A stretch of DNA of 64,000 bases from Pseudomonadota bacterium (GTDB lineage: Bacteria; Pseudomonadota; Alphaproteobacteria; JACQOE01). The stretch is taken from positions 10,354-74,353 of the forward strand of contig JACQOE010000023.1 in NCBI GenBank assembly GCA_016202695.1, read 5' to 3'. This document shows, piece after piece, positions 34,705-44,392 of the stretch. Made by a program: the position numbers and the translations under genes. Within the stretch, counting starts at the first letter, position 1; every line of letters begins with the position of its first letter. The notes under the pieces are model-generated. The model saw only the letters and a list, made by a program, of their open reading frames with translations, was not told the origin of the DNA and ran no database searches.

Positions 34705-37041
34705 ATGGCCGACCTTAACTTCAACAATGTCTTCGTCAGCGACGCCGGCCGGGTGTCCTTCTCGGGCCTGACTTCCGGAATCGATTTCCGCTCCGCGGTC
34801 GACGCGATCGTCAAGGCCAAGAGCATCCCGGTCGACACGCTGCAGACGCGGATCACCGAGAACGACGAGAAGATCGCCGCGCTCAAGACGCTGCGCACCG
34901 ACCTCACGGCGGTGCGCGAGTCGCTCTCCACCCTCTACGGGGCGCTCAGCATCGACGACTCCAAGGATGTTTTCCAGTCGAAGCAGGTCTTCGCCACCTC
35001 GACCCGCACCGACAGCACCACCCCGACCACGGCGGCCAACCTGGTCGGGGTGGCGGTGACCAACCAGGCCGAGCTCGGGCGCCACACGGTCGAGGTCCTG
35101 CAGGCGGCCAGGGCGCACAAGATCAGCAGCAACGCGCAGGGCAGCCAGAGCAACGCGCTCGGCCTCGCCGGCACCATCACCATCAACGGCCAGAGCATCA
35201 CCGTCGCCGCCACCGACTCGCTCCTCGATCTGCGCGACCGCATCAACGCCACCAGCGACGACTCCGACGTCACGGCCAGCGTCGTCTCGGCGAGCAGCGG
35301 CGAGCACTACCTGGTGCTGACCGCGACCGAGACCGGCCAGACGATGACGGTGGCCGACTCCGCCGGCACGGTGCTGCAGAGCCTCGGCGTCATCGACGGC
35401 GGCGGCAACATCGTCAATGAGTTGCAGGCGGCCAAACTGGCCGAGATCCGCGCCGACGGGCTGACCGACAACCGGGTCACCCAGTTCGTCTCCGACGCGG
35501 TCGCCGACCCGGACGCCGCCCTCGGCCTCGGCACCGCCGGCACCCTCCGCTTCGCCTTCGGCGCCGGCTTCGCCACCACCGTCGACATCCCCTACCTCAC
35601 CACCGACAGCCTGCAGGACGTGGCCGACGCCATCAACGGCGACGCCACCCTGGCGGCCAACGGCATCTCCGCCTCGATCGCGCTCGGCCTCGACGGCTAT
35701 CACCTGACCATCGGCGGCACCACCGACTTCAACCTCACCGAGGTCGGCGGCGGCTCGATCCGCACCGACCTCAACCTCCAGGACGACCTCCACATCTCCG
35801 AGGTCTTCACCAGCAAGACCACTGCCCTCGGCATCACCGAGACCTACACCTTCACCGACACCTCGGCGGCGACCCTGTTTACCCTCAACGTCACCTCGGG
35901 AATGACGCTCGAGGACATCCAGGCGGCGATCGACGCCGACGCCGACCTGACGGCGACGATCGAGGAGTACGGCGGCGGCTACCGGCTGCGGGTGACCGAC
36001 GTCAACACCGGCGACATCGCGGTGGTCACCCCGTCCGGCTCCGACGCGCTCGGCTTCAACTCCAAGACTCGCATCGTCGAGCGCACCTCCAACACCATCA
36101 ACGACCTCTTCCAGGGGGTCACGCTGACGCTCTTCGACGAGGAGGTCGGCACCACCGTCAACATCGACGTCGACCGCAACCTCTCGGCGGTCAAGACCGC
36201 CGTCGAGGGCTTCGTCACCGCCTACAACGACCTCAAGGTCTACCTCAACGAGCAGACCTTCGTCGATCCCATCACCGGGGCGCGGGGCGAGAACGCGACC
36301 CTGCTCGGCAGCACCACCGTCGCCAACATCGAGAGCACGCTGCAGCGCATCCTCGGCACCAACGTCAGCGGGGTGAGCTCGGCCTTCTCCGTGCTCGCCC
36401 AGGTCGGCGTCACCTTCGTTCCCGACGCCGAGGTCGACGATCCCCTCAACAAGGACACCCTCACGATCGACGAGAGCAAGCTCGACGAAGCGCTGCTCAA
36501 CAACCCCGAGGACGTGCGCAAGCTGTTCGCCTTCAACTTCACCTCCTCGGACCCGCGCATCGTGCTGCTCGGCTTCAACGGCCAGCCCGCCTTCCGCTCC
36601 GCCGGCTACACCCTCGACGTGGTTTGGGGCGGCGCCTCGCTGACCTCGGCGACCGTGACCGGCGACACCGCCGACAGCGTCAGCGTCAGCGGCCGCATCA
36701 TCACCGTCGACGCGGGCGACGCGACCGGCCTCACCCTCTATTTCAGCGGCGACGCCAGCGTCAGCGGCATCCAGCTCGACTTCACCCTCGGCGTCGGCAT
36801 GGAGCTCTTCTTCGCCGTCGACGACGTCCTCAACACCACCTCGGGCGCGGTCGAGAACGAGATCAAGTCGCTCGAGGGCCAGAACGACCTGCACGAGGAC
36901 CGGATCGAGCAGATGCTCGATCGGATCGATCTCCTGCGCGAGAACCTGCTGGCGCGCTTCATCGCCATGGAGCAGGCGATCGAGCGCAACAACAACATCG
37001 TCGATCAGATCCAGCAGACCTTCGCCCCGAAGACGAGTTAG
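34705..37041 (+). CDS. fliD: Filament cap protein FliD (HAP2), long form (778 aa)
   Basis: FSGLTSGIDFRSAVDAIVKAKSIPVDTLQTRI...KIAALKTLRTDL. C-terminal coiled coil LRENLLARFIAMEQAI. Confidence 0.9.
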   Translation: MADLNFNNVFVSDAGRVSFSGLTSGIDFRSAVDAIVKAKSIPVDTLQTRITENDEKIAALKTLRTDLTAVRESLSTLYGALSIDDSKDVFQSKQVFATSTRTDSTTPTTAANLVGVAVTNQAELGRHTVEVLQAARAHKISSNAQGSQSNALGLAGTITINGQSITVAATDSLLDLRDRINATSDDSDVTASVVSASSGEHYLVLTATETGQTMTVADSAGTVLQSLGVIDGGGNIVNELQAAKLAEIRADGLTDNRVTQFVSDAVADPDAALGLGTAGTLRFAFGAGFATTVDIPYLTTDSLQDVADAINGDATLAANGISASIALGLDGYHLTIGGTTDFNLTEVGGGSIRTDLNLQDDLHISEVFTSKTTALGITETYTFTDTSAATLFTLNVTSGMTLEDIQAAIDADADLTATIEEYGGGYRLRVTDVNTGDIAVVTPSGSDALGFNSKTRIVERTSNTINDLFQGVTLTLFDEEVGTTVNIDVDRNLSAVKTAVEGFVTAYNDLKVYLNEQTFVDPITGARGENATLLGSTTVANIESTLQRILGTNVSGVSSAFSVLAQVGVTFVPDAEVDDPLNKDTLTIDESKLDEALLNNPEDVRKLFAFNFTSSDPRIVLLGFNGQPAFRSAGYTLDVVWGGASLTSATVTGDTADSVSVSGRIITVDAGDATGLTLYFSGDASVSGIQLDFTLGVGMELFFAVDDVLNTTSGAVENEIKSLEGQNDLHEDRIEQMLDRIDLLRENLLARFIAMEQAIERNNNIVDQIQQTFAPKTS

Positions 37042-37059
37042 CCGGACGGAAGGGCGCGG

Positions 37060-37074
37060 TTAACCATTTTTTTA
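37060..37074. promoter_or_regulatory. CtrA-like half-consensus box upstream of fliS
   Basis: TTAA-CCATTTT-TTTA. Shares GTTAACCA-TTTTT with the fliF upstream site at 42571-42585. Confidence 0.25.
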
Positions 37075-37125
37075 CGGAGACCCCGTCATCCTTCAGCCAG
37101 GCTCCCGCTTCCGGAGGAATTAGGC

Positions 37126-37746
37126 ATGGTTCACAAAGCGGCCCAGCACTATCGCAACCATCAGGTGAGGACCGCCTCGCCCGCGGGCCTAGTGGCCATG
37201 CTCTACGACCAGGCGATCGCCTCGCTCAACGATGCCGTGCGGGCGATCGGGGCGCGCGAGATCGAGAAGCGCTGGCGGGCCAACAACCGGGCGGTCGAGA
37301 TCATCACCGTCCTCTCCGCCACCCTCGATCGCGAGCAGGGCGGCGTGATCGCCGAGAACCTCGACCGGCTCTACCAGTTCATGATCGCCCGCCTGATCGA
37401 CGTCGACCTCAAGAACGACCCCGCGGCGGCCCGCGACGTGATCGGGCTCCTGCAGCCCCTGGCCGAGGCCTGGCGCCAGCTCGCCGAGCAGACCACCGAG
37501 GCGCAGCAGCAGGAGATGCGCCGCGCCGAGGCGGCCGGCGGCAAGGCCGCCGCCCCGACCGCCGGCAACGGCGCCGCGCCGACCCACGCCAACGGCAACG
37601 GCAACGGCAACGGCAAGGCCCAGCCCGGCGCGGCCGAGATGCCCGCCGCCGAAACCCTGACTCCGCCACGCCCGAAGACGGGCGGGCGCCCCGCCTATCC
37701 CGAGCCGGGCGCGCCGAACGGCGGCGGGGTTAGCGTGTCCGCCTAG
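37126..37746 (+). CDS. fliS: Flagellin chaperone FliS with ~80-aa low-complexity C-terminal extension
   Basis: YRNHQVRTASPAGLVAMLYDQAI...NNRAVEIITVLSATLD...LDRLYQFMIARL is the FliS core. The tail contains NGNGNGNG encoded by (AACGGC)x4 at 37591-37614. Confidence 0.85.
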   Translation: MVHKAAQHYRNHQVRTASPAGLVAMLYDQAIASLNDAVRAIGAREIEKRWRANNRAVEIITVLSATLDREQGGVIAENLDRLYQFMIARLIDVDLKNDPAAARDVIGLLQPLAEAWRQLAEQTTEAQQQEMRRAEAAGGKAAAPTAGNGAAPTHANGNGNGNGKAQPGAAEMPAAETLTPPRPKTGGRPAYPEPGAPNGGGVSVSA

Positions 37747-37771
37747 ACTCCTCCGGCCTGGCTTGTTGACC

Positions 37772-37803
37772 GCGCCCCCGCCCCGGCGGGGGCGCTTTCG
37801 TTT
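37772..37803 (+). terminator. Intrinsic terminator after fliS
   Basis: GCGCCCCCGCC/GGCGGGGGCGC GC-rich hairpin (37772-37795) followed by TTTCGTTT. Confidence 0.7.
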
Positions 37804-37872
37804 GGCCCCCCGGCAGGGCGCCCGGCCCGGCCGGCCGACCGCGCCCGGGCGCGCCCGCGAAGCCCGCCGCCC

Positions 37873-37885
37873 GGCACAATCTGCC
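37873..37885. promoter_or_regulatory. ftr-like palindrome upstream of the fliK promoter
   Basis: GGCAC-AAT-CTGCC, about 110 nt upstream of the -24 element at 37995. Confidence 0.4.
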
Positions 37886-37994
37886 CGCCCGGCCCAGAAG
37901 TTCTTGCCCGCGAGGGGGCGGAATTTTCCTTTTCCTGTCTCACGGGCGATTTGAAAAGTTATTTATTTTCATTGAGTTAGATTGATCTTCCCGG

Positions 37995-38010
37995 TGGCCC
38001 GGGGCTTGCT
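37995..38010 (+). promoter_or_regulatory. sigma54 (-24/-12) promoter of fliK-flgD-flgE
   Basis: TGGCCC-GGGGC-TTGCT with correct spacing, about 56 nt upstream of ATG 38066. Preceded by a conspicuous AT-rich tract at 37940-37990. Confidence 0.65.
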
Positions 38011-38065
38011 CCATCCCCCTCGGCATCACGCCGCGGAAGGCAAGAGCCTCAGGACACACCACACC

Positions 38066-39853
38066 ATGACCATCCCCCCGCTGGAGACGACCAGTCCGTT
38101 CGAGGCCCTCGGCATCCCGGTCAAGACGGGTCCGCAGGGCCCCGCCTTCTCCGACTTCCTGAGGGCGGCGACGGATCGCGCCTTCGAGCCGACCGAGCCG
38201 CTGCGCGAGCGGGTGGAGGAGACGGCCGGCGCCGCCGATCGCCCGCGGCACGAGGAGCGGGCCGACCGGGACACGCGCCGGGCCGCGGACCGCGATCGCG
38301 CCGACGAGCCGGCGGCGGGCGCGCGGAAGCGCGACCGCGAGACGAGCCCCGAGGCCGAGCGCGCCCGCGGGCACGACGAGGCCGGGCCGGGCGACGAGTC
38401 GCGCCGGCCCGAGGCGCCGCCTCGGCGCGAGCCGGCCCGGGCGCGCGACGAGACCCGCTCCGGCGACGAGACGGGCCCCGCCGACAAGGCCGAGGCCGAG
38501 TCCGTCGCCACATCCGCGCCGGCCTCCGTCACCGACATCCCGGCCGCAGCCGGCGCCGTGCCCCTCACGGGCGCGCTCGCCGCGGCCGCCGCCGGTGCCG
38601 CCCCGACCTCGACTCCGGGCGCCGACGTGAGCGGCCTGGTCGCAGCGGCGGTGCTCAACGAGATCCACCAGGCCCAGGGCGCCCGCCCCGGGCCGGTCCC
38701 CGCGGCCGCCGTCGGCGGGCCCGCGACGCTGGTTTCGCCGACCGCCCTCCTGGCTGCCGGCGCCGGCGAGGGCGAGGCTCCCGCCGCCCCGCAGCCCGGC
38801 ACCGCCGAGGGCCAACAGGTCGAGGTCATCCGCACCGGCCTCGCCGCCACCGCGCAGGCCGCGGTCGAGCAGCTCAAGGAGCGCCTTGCGCGGCCCGGTG
38901 AGGGCCAGCGCCCGGCGTCCGGCGAGCGCGTCGGCGTCAAGGTCGAGGTCGCCCGCGCCGGCGAGCAGATGGTTTCGCGGCCGTCCGCCAGCCTCGCCCC
39001 GAACGCGGCCCTGGCCGCGGCCGAGGCCGAGGGCGATGAGGGCGACGCGCAGCCCGGCTCGGCTCACGCCCTCGGCAAGGGCGAGTCCCGGCCCGGCACC
39101 GCTGCCGGCGCCGCCGGGCCGGCGACCCCGGGCCCGCAGCGCGACGCCGCCCCCGGCCAGCCCGACCCCAACCCCGCCGCCGGGCGTGCGTCCTTTGCCC
39201 CGCTCCCGGGGACGGCCGAGGGCGAGCGGGCCGTGCGCGCCCGCGCCGAGAGCCGACCCGGCTTCTCCCCGGCCGCTGGACCGACCGCCGAGCCCGGCCG
39301 ACCTGCCGGGGCGACGGGCGGATCGGACGGTGCCGCCCCGGCCGGCGGCGCATTCGCGCCGAGCGCGCCCGCCGGCGCCGCCTCGACCGGCGCCTCGCAG
39401 GCCGGGCGTCCGCCCCTGCCCCCGCCGGCCGTTTCCCAGCAGGTGGCGGTCCACATCCTCAAGGCGGTGGACCAGGGCAGCGACCGGATCAGCATTCAGC
39501 TCCGCCCCGAGTCGCTCGGCCGGGTGGACGTGCGGCTCGATGTCGGCCACGACGGCCGGGTGAGCGCGATGATCAGCGCCGAGAGGCCGGAGACGCTGGA
39601 GCTCTTGCAGCGCGATGCGCGGAGCCTCGAGCGGGCGTTGCAGGACGCCGGCCTCGGCGCCGACTCGAATTCGCTCAGCTTCAACTTGCTCGGGCGCGGC
39701 TCGCGCGAGCCGGGCTTCGGGCGCGATCTGGCCGGGGTCGGCCTCGATGCCCCGCTCGGGCCTGAGGCCGACGAGGCTCCGATCGAGGTCACCCAGGTCG
39801 ACGGCGCGAGCTACGTCAGCCGCGGCGCCGGCGGCGTGGACATCCGCGTCTGA
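38066..39853 (+). CDS. fliK: Hook-length control protein FliK
   Basis: Internal ATG 38066. Pro/Ala-rich centre. C-terminal Flg_hook-type SDRISIQLRPESLGRVDVRLDVGHDGRVSAMISAERPETLELLQRDARSLERALQDAGL. Confidence 0.85.
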   Translation: MTIPPLETTSPFEALGIPVKTGPQGPAFSDFLRAATDRAFEPTEPLRERVEETAGAADRPRHEERADRDTRRAADRDRADEPAAGARKRDRETSPEAERARGHDEAGPGDESRRPEAPPRREPARARDETRSGDETGPADKAEAESVATSAPASVTDIPAAAGAVPLTGALAAAAAGAAPTSTPGADVSGLVAAAVLNEIHQAQGARPGPVPAAAVGGPATLVSPTALLAAGAGEGEAPAAPQPGTAEGQQVEVIRTGLAATAQAAVEQLKERLARPGEGQRPASGERVGVKVEVARAGEQMVSRPSASLAPNAALAAAEAEGDEGDAQPGSAHALGKGESRPGTAAGAAGPATPGPQRDAAPGQPDPNPAAGRASFAPLPGTAEGERAVRARAESRPGFSPAAGPTAEPGRPAGATGGSDGAAPAGGAFAPSAPAGAASTGASQAGRPPLPPPAVSQQVAVHILKAVDQGSDRISIQLRPESLGRVDVRLDVGHDGRVSAMISAERPETLELLQRDARSLERALQDAGLGADSNSLSFNLLGRGSREPGFGRDLAGVGLDAPLGPEADEAPIEVTQVDGASYVSRGAGGVDIRV

Positions 39854-39886
39854 ACCGCGGAACCGCTGAACGGGAGCACGAGAGAG

Positions 39887-40573
39887 ATGCCAACCTCGGG
39901 ACTGACCGGCCTCACCGCGACGATCCCGCCGGCCCAGGCGACTTCGGCGAGCGAGGCTGCCCGCACCAAGATCGCCAACAACCTCGACACCTTCCTCAAG
40001 ATGCTGACCACCCAGTTGCAGAACCAGGATCCGATCGATCCGATGAAGACCAACGAGTTCACCACCCAGCTCGTGCAGTTCGCCGGGGTCGAGCAGCAGA
40101 TCGCCACCAACGCCAACCTCGAGAAGCTGCTGTCGCTGCAGCAGGCCTCGCAGATGGCCGACGCCGCGAGCTACATCGACAAGACCGTCGAGGCCGAGGG
40201 GGCCTTCAGCCCCCTGAGCGACGGACAGGCCGAGTTCGCCTACACCCTGCCGCAGCCGGCCAAGCAGGTGCGGCTCACCGTGGCCAACGCGCTCGGCGTG
40301 CCGGTCTATCAGACCAGCGGCGAGAGCACGGCCGGGACCCACCACTTCACCTGGGACGGGCGCGACGTGAACGGCATCCAACTTCCCGACGGCTCCTACG
40401 GCCTCACCGTGGTGGCGCTGGACGGCCAGGACCGGCCGATCCCGGCCACCACCGGCGCCATCGGCGCGGTGAGCGCGGTCAGCGTCGAGAACGGCGAGCT
40501 GATGCTCTGGCTCAACAAGGTCAAGGTGCCGGTCAGCAAGGTGACCAGCATCCGGGCGCCGGCGGCGCCCTGA
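39887..40573 (+). CDS. flgD: Hook cap/assembly protein FlgD
   Basis: LDTFLKMLTTQLQNQDPIDPMKTNEFTTQLVQFAGVEQ. C-terminal FLgD Ig-like part HHFTWDGRDVNG. Confidence 0.95.
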   Translation: MPTSGLTGLTATIPPAQATSASEAARTKIANNLDTFLKMLTTQLQNQDPIDPMKTNEFTTQLVQFAGVEQQIATNANLEKLLSLQQASQMADAASYIDKTVEAEGAFSPLSDGQAEFAYTLPQPAKQVRLTVANALGVPVYQTSGESTAGTHHFTWDGRDVNGIQLPDGSYGLTVVALDGQDRPIPATTGAIGAVSAVSVENGELMLWLNKVKVPVSKVTSIRAPAAP

Positions 40574-40654
40574 CGTCATCCGCTGCCGCCACCGAACGAC
40601 GGGTCCCATGCGGATGCCAACGGATAAAATTCTCGGGTTCGAAGGAGAAGCACG

Positions 40655-42301
40655 ATGAGTATCTTCGGCGCCATGTTCTCCGGGGTCTCCGGGCTGAACG
40701 TCAACTCGACGGCGCTCGGCGCGATCTCGGACAACATCACCAACGCCAACACGACCGGCTACAAGGCGACCGAGGTCAGTTTCTCGACCCTGGTCACGCA
40801 GCAGGTCTCCAAGACCCAGTACACGCCGGGCGGCGCGATCACCAAGCCGCGGGCGCTGATCGACGTGCAGGGGCTCCTTCAGGCCAACACCTCGCCGACC
40901 GCGCTTGCCATCTCCGGGCAGGGATTCTTCGTCGTCAACAAGGCGCTCGACCCCACCGACTCGACCCAGGCCGAGTTCGTCTTCACCCGCGCCGGGGACT
41001 TCAAGCCCGACGAGACCGGGTTCCTCAAGAACACCGCCGGCTTCTTCCTGATGGCCTGGCCGCTCGATGTCGCCGGCGACATCCAGTCCGGCGTCAACAC
41101 CTCGATCGTCGACGACCTGGTCCCGGTGAATCTCCTCACCATCGGCGGCAACGCCACCCCGACGACGGACGTCGAGCTGGGCATCAACCTGCCGGCGACC
41201 GACGAGACCGGCGACACCGAGGCGACCAACGTGCGCGTGTTCGACTCCCTCGGCGTGCCCCACGACCTGACCCTCACCTGGACAAAGCAGGCCGATTCCG
41301 GCACCTCGGGCGTCACCTTCAACGACGACATCGACACCGATGTGGCCGATCTGGCGGTGGGCGGCACGGTCGCGCTCTCGACCTTCACCCTGGTCGACGG
41401 CTCCGGCACCTCGCACACCGTCACCGTCACCCTCGTGAAGGCATCCGAGGCGGGCGCCGCCGACACCTTCACCGTGCAGAGCGTCTCCTTCGCCGGCGGC
41501 ACCGCGACCCTCAACGCCGACAGCACCAACCTGATCACCTTCGCGGCCAGCGCCACCACCGACACCATCAAGTACGACTTCTCCTTCACGAGCAGCGGCG
41601 CCGACGATCAGACGGTGACGCTGGACTTCAGCGGCCTCGCGCTCGCCGCCGCCACCGCCTTGAACGCCGCGACCGTGACCAACGACAAGTTCGGCACCTG
41701 GCAGCTCGCCATCACCGGCGACGACGCGACGCTGCTGAGCGGCGGCACCCAGACCGTGCGCTTCAACCCCGACGGCTCGCTCAACTATCCCCCGACCTTC
41801 GACGCCGAGATCGACTGGACGGCCCCGAACTCCGATGACTCGACCCTCACCTTCGACCTCGGCACCTCGGGCGACACCGACGGCCTCACCCAGTTCGCCT
41901 CCGACTACACCCCCACCTTCATCAACCAGAACGGCGCCACCTTCGGCTTCTTCAGCGGGGTGACGGTGAGCGACACCGGAACGCTGAGCGCCCTGTTCGA
42001 CAACGGCGAGACCCGGCCGGTCTACCAGGTCCCGCTCGCCACCTTCCCCAACCCGAACGGCCTCGTCGCCCAGACCGGCAACGCCTACGAGCAGTCCGAC
42101 TTCTCCGGCCAGTACTTCCTGCGCGAGGCCGGGGCCGGCGGCTCGGGCCGGCTCGCGGCCGCGGCGCTGGAAACCTCGACCGTGGACCTGGCCGAGGAGT
42201 TCACCCGCATGATCATCGTCCAGCGCGCCTACTCGGCCAACGCCCGCACCATCACCACCGCCGACGAGATGCTGGAGGAACTGATCCGGCTGAAGCGGTA
42301 A
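40655..42301 (+). CDS. flgE: Flagellar hook protein FlgE
   Basis: MSIFGAMFSGVSGLNVNSTALGAISDNITNANTTGYK. C-terminal LETSTVDLAEEFTRMIIVQRAYSANARTITTADEMLEELIRLK. Confidence 0.95.
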   Translation: MSIFGAMFSGVSGLNVNSTALGAISDNITNANTTGYKATEVSFSTLVTQQVSKTQYTPGGAITKPRALIDVQGLLQANTSPTALAISGQGFFVVNKALDPTDSTQAEFVFTRAGDFKPDETGFLKNTAGFFLMAWPLDVAGDIQSGVNTSIVDDLVPVNLLTIGGNATPTTDVELGINLPATDETGDTEATNVRVFDSLGVPHDLTLTWTKQADSGTSGVTFNDDIDTDVADLAVGGTVALSTFTLVDGSGTSHTVTVTLVKASEAGAADTFTVQSVSFAGGTATLNADSTNLITFAASATTDTIKYDFSFTSSGADDQTVTLDFSGLALAAATALNAATVTNDKFGTWQLAITGDDATLLSGGTQTVRFNPDGSLNYPPTFDAEIDWTAPNSDDSTLTFDLGTSGDTDGLTQFASDYTPTFINQNGATFGFFSGVTVSDTGTLSALFDNGETRPVYQVPLATFPNPNGLVAQTGNAYEQSDFSGQYFLREAGAGGSGRLAAAALETSTVDLAEEFTRMIIVQRAYSANARTITTADEMLEELIRLKR

Positions 42302-42325
42302 CACTTTCCCGCGGTTCCCTCCGCC

Positions 42326-42362
42326 GGGCCCGGCGCGGTGCATGAGGTACCGTGCCGGGCCC
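42326..42362 (+). terminator. Putative terminator after flgE
   Basis: 14-bp stem GGGCCCGGCGCGGT/ACCGTGCCGGGCCC (one G-U), then ATCGTCTTTG. Confidence 0.55.
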
Positions 42363-42570
42363 ATCGTCTTTGCCCCGGGCGGGCGCCCAAACCACGATCT
42401 CCCCCGACCGCCCGGCGGCTAATCACATTTCACCTAGAGTCAATCTCGTTATTTACGAAAATTTGCTGTGATTTTTCGCCGCCCGAGCCGACCCTCGACC
42501 GACCGGGGGCGGGCGGCCGCGTCGCGCGCCCGTTTCCGAGCCGGTGCGGGACCCCCGGGGCAAGCCCTCG

Positions 42571-42585
42571 TTAACCACTTTTTCA
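42571..42585. promoter_or_regulatory. CtrA-like half-consensus box upstream of fliF
   Basis: TTAA-CCACTTT-TTCA about 95 nt upstream of GTG 42678. An AT-rich tract lies at 42415-42475. Confidence 0.3.
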
Positions 42586-42677
42586 CTCCCGAGGCCCTAA
42601 CGTGCGGGCGTGGAAATCCGCCGTCCGACGCACCACTTTCAGAGCCCGCCGGCAGCGGTGGGGAGGGGAACCGAGCC

Positions 42678-44330
42678 GTGAATCCCGTTTTCGAGATGCT
42701 GCGCAACCTCGGGCCGATGCGCGTCTCCGCCATCGCCGGAGCCGGGCTGGCCCTGATCGCGTTCTTCATCTTCCTCACCTCGCGGGTCGCCTCGCCGACC
42801 ATGTCGATCCTGTTCGGCGACCTCGACCCGAGCGACGCCAGCCAGATCGTCGCCCAACTCGAGGCGAAGAAGATCCCCTACGAGATCAAGGCCAACGGCA
42901 GCCAGATCTTCGTCCCCGCCGACACCGTACTCCAGACCCGCATGGCGCTCGCCCAGGAAGGACTGCCGGGCGGCGGCTCGATCGGATACGAGGTCTTCGA
43001 CCGGCGCGACCCGCTGGGGACCACCAGCTTCGTGCAGAACATCAATCAGCTCCGCGCCCTCGAGGGCGAGCTCGCCCGCACCATCCGCTCGCTGCAGCAG
43101 GTGCGCGCCGCGCGCGTGCACCTGGTCCTGCCCCGGCGCGAGATTTTCACCCGCGAGCGCCAGGAGCCGACCGCCTCGGTGGTGGTCACCACCCGCGGCG
43201 GGCGCGTCCTCGAGAAGGAGCAGGTGCGCGCCGTCCAACACCTGGTCGCGGCGGCGGTGCCGCGGCTCAAGCCGACCAGCGTGACCGTGATCGACGACAA
43301 GGGCAACCTGCTCGCGCGCAGCGTCGACCAGGCCGACGGCGGCCTCATCGCCGCCACCACCGAGGAGCTGCGCCGCGGCTACGAGGCGCGGCTGGCCCGC
43401 ACCGCCGAGGAGCTGCTCGAGCGGACCGTCGGCTTCGGCCGGGTCCGCGCCGAGGTTTCGGTCGACATGGACTTCGACCGCGTCACCACCACCAGCGAGG
43501 ACTTCAACCCCGAGCGGCAGGTGGTGCGCTCGACCCAGACCGTCGAGGAGACGAGCACCCAAGCCGACCGCGACGCCGCCCAGGCGGTGACGGTGGCCAA
43601 CCAGCTCCCCGACGCCAACCTCAACCAGCAGGCCGGGACGGCCTCCAACTCCTCCGAGCGGCGGAGCGAGGAGACGGTCAACTTCGAGATCAGCAAGACC
43701 GTGCGCAACCAGATCCGCGAGAGCGGGGTGGTGCGGCGGGTCTCGGTCGCGGTACTGGTCGACGGCGTCTACACCCCGCCCCAGGGGGGCGGCGAGCCCA
43801 CCTACCAGGCCCGCACCCAGCAGGAGCTCGAGCAGATGGCCACCCTGGTCCGTTCGGCCATCGGCTACAACGCCGAGCGGGGCGATACGGTGGAAGTGAT
43901 CAATATGCGATTCGCCCCGGTTGATGATAGAATTGGCGACACGGGTCCGCCGACCCTGTTCGGCCTCGAGAAGCAGGATCTGGTGCGGATCGTAGAAATC
44001 GTGGTCCTGAGCATCGTGGCCCTGCTGGTCATCTTGCTGGTGGTGCGGCCGCTGGTCACCCGGGCCTTCGAGGCGCTGCCCGGCGCCATCGAGGCGGGCC
44101 GCGAGGCGCTCGCCCGCGCCGAGGAGGAGGTGGCGCCGCCGCCGGCACTGGCCGCCCCCGAGGCCGCCGCCCTGCTCGAGGACGAGGTCGACGAGGAGTT
44201 GCTTATCGACATCTCCCGCATCGAAGGTCGCGTCAAAGCCTCCTCGGTGCGCAAGATTTCCGAGATCGTGGACAAGCACCCCGAGGAGGCCCTGGGCATC
44301 ATCCGCGCCTGGATGTACCAGGAGGGCTAA
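42678..44330 (+). CDS. fliF: Flagellar MS-ring protein FliF
   Basis: GTG 42678 preceded by GGGAGGGG. TM, then LFGDLDPSDASQIVAQLEAKKIPYEI...LPGGGSIGYEVFD. C-terminal KHPEEALGIIRAWM. The upstream part of ORF 42468 was rejected. Confidence 0.9.
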   Translation: MNPVFEMLRNLGPMRVSAIAGAGLALIAFFIFLTSRVASPTMSILFGDLDPSDASQIVAQLEAKKIPYEIKANGSQIFVPADTVLQTRMALAQEGLPGGGSIGYEVFDRRDPLGTTSFVQNINQLRALEGELARTIRSLQQVRAARVHLVLPRREIFTRERQEPTASVVVTTRGGRVLEKEQVRAVQHLVAAAVPRLKPTSVTVIDDKGNLLARSVDQADGGLIAATTEELRRGYEARLARTAEELLERTVGFGRVRAEVSVDMDFDRVTTTSEDFNPERQVVRSTQTVEETSTQADRDAAQAVTVANQLPDANLNQQAGTASNSSERRSEETVNFEISKTVRNQIRESGVVRRVSVAVLVDGVYTPPQGGGEPTYQARTQQELEQMATLVRSAIGYNAERGDTVEVINMRFAPVDDRIGDTGPPTLFGLEKQDLVRIVEIVVLSIVALLVILLVVRPLVTRAFEALPGAIEAGREALARAEEEVAPPPALAAPEAAALLEDEVDEELLIDISRIEGRVKASSVRKISEIVDKHPEEALGIIRAWMYQEG

Positions 44331-44344
44331 TCGGCGCGCCGCTC

Positions 44345-44378
44345 GCAGCCGCGCAAGAGTTGCAGCCGCGCAAGAGTT
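44345..44378. repeat. Perfect 17-bp tandem duplication in the fliF-fliG spacer
   Basis: GCAGCCGCGCAAGAGTT x2 immediately upstream of the fliG SD (GAGGAAGG). Confidence 0.9.
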
Positions 44379-44392
44379 GAGGAAGGTCGGCG

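Noticed and set aside
28192-36894. Minus-strand ORFs 28192..30579, 30422..32191, 32582..34447 and 34684..36894
   Set aside because: They are antisense to flgK, flgL, flagellin and fliD. No motifs are present, and the composition is a GC artefact.
37940-42364. 1474-aa minus-strand ORF
   Set aside because: It is antisense to fliK-flgD-flgE, which have unmistakable signatures. This is a high-GC artefact.
42421-42472. 7-bp inverted repeat AATCACA...TGTGATT in the AT-rich tract upstream of fliF
   Set aside because: The arms are short and separated by 38 nt, which is easily chance in AT-rich DNA. The tract itself is noted only as a probable promoter region.
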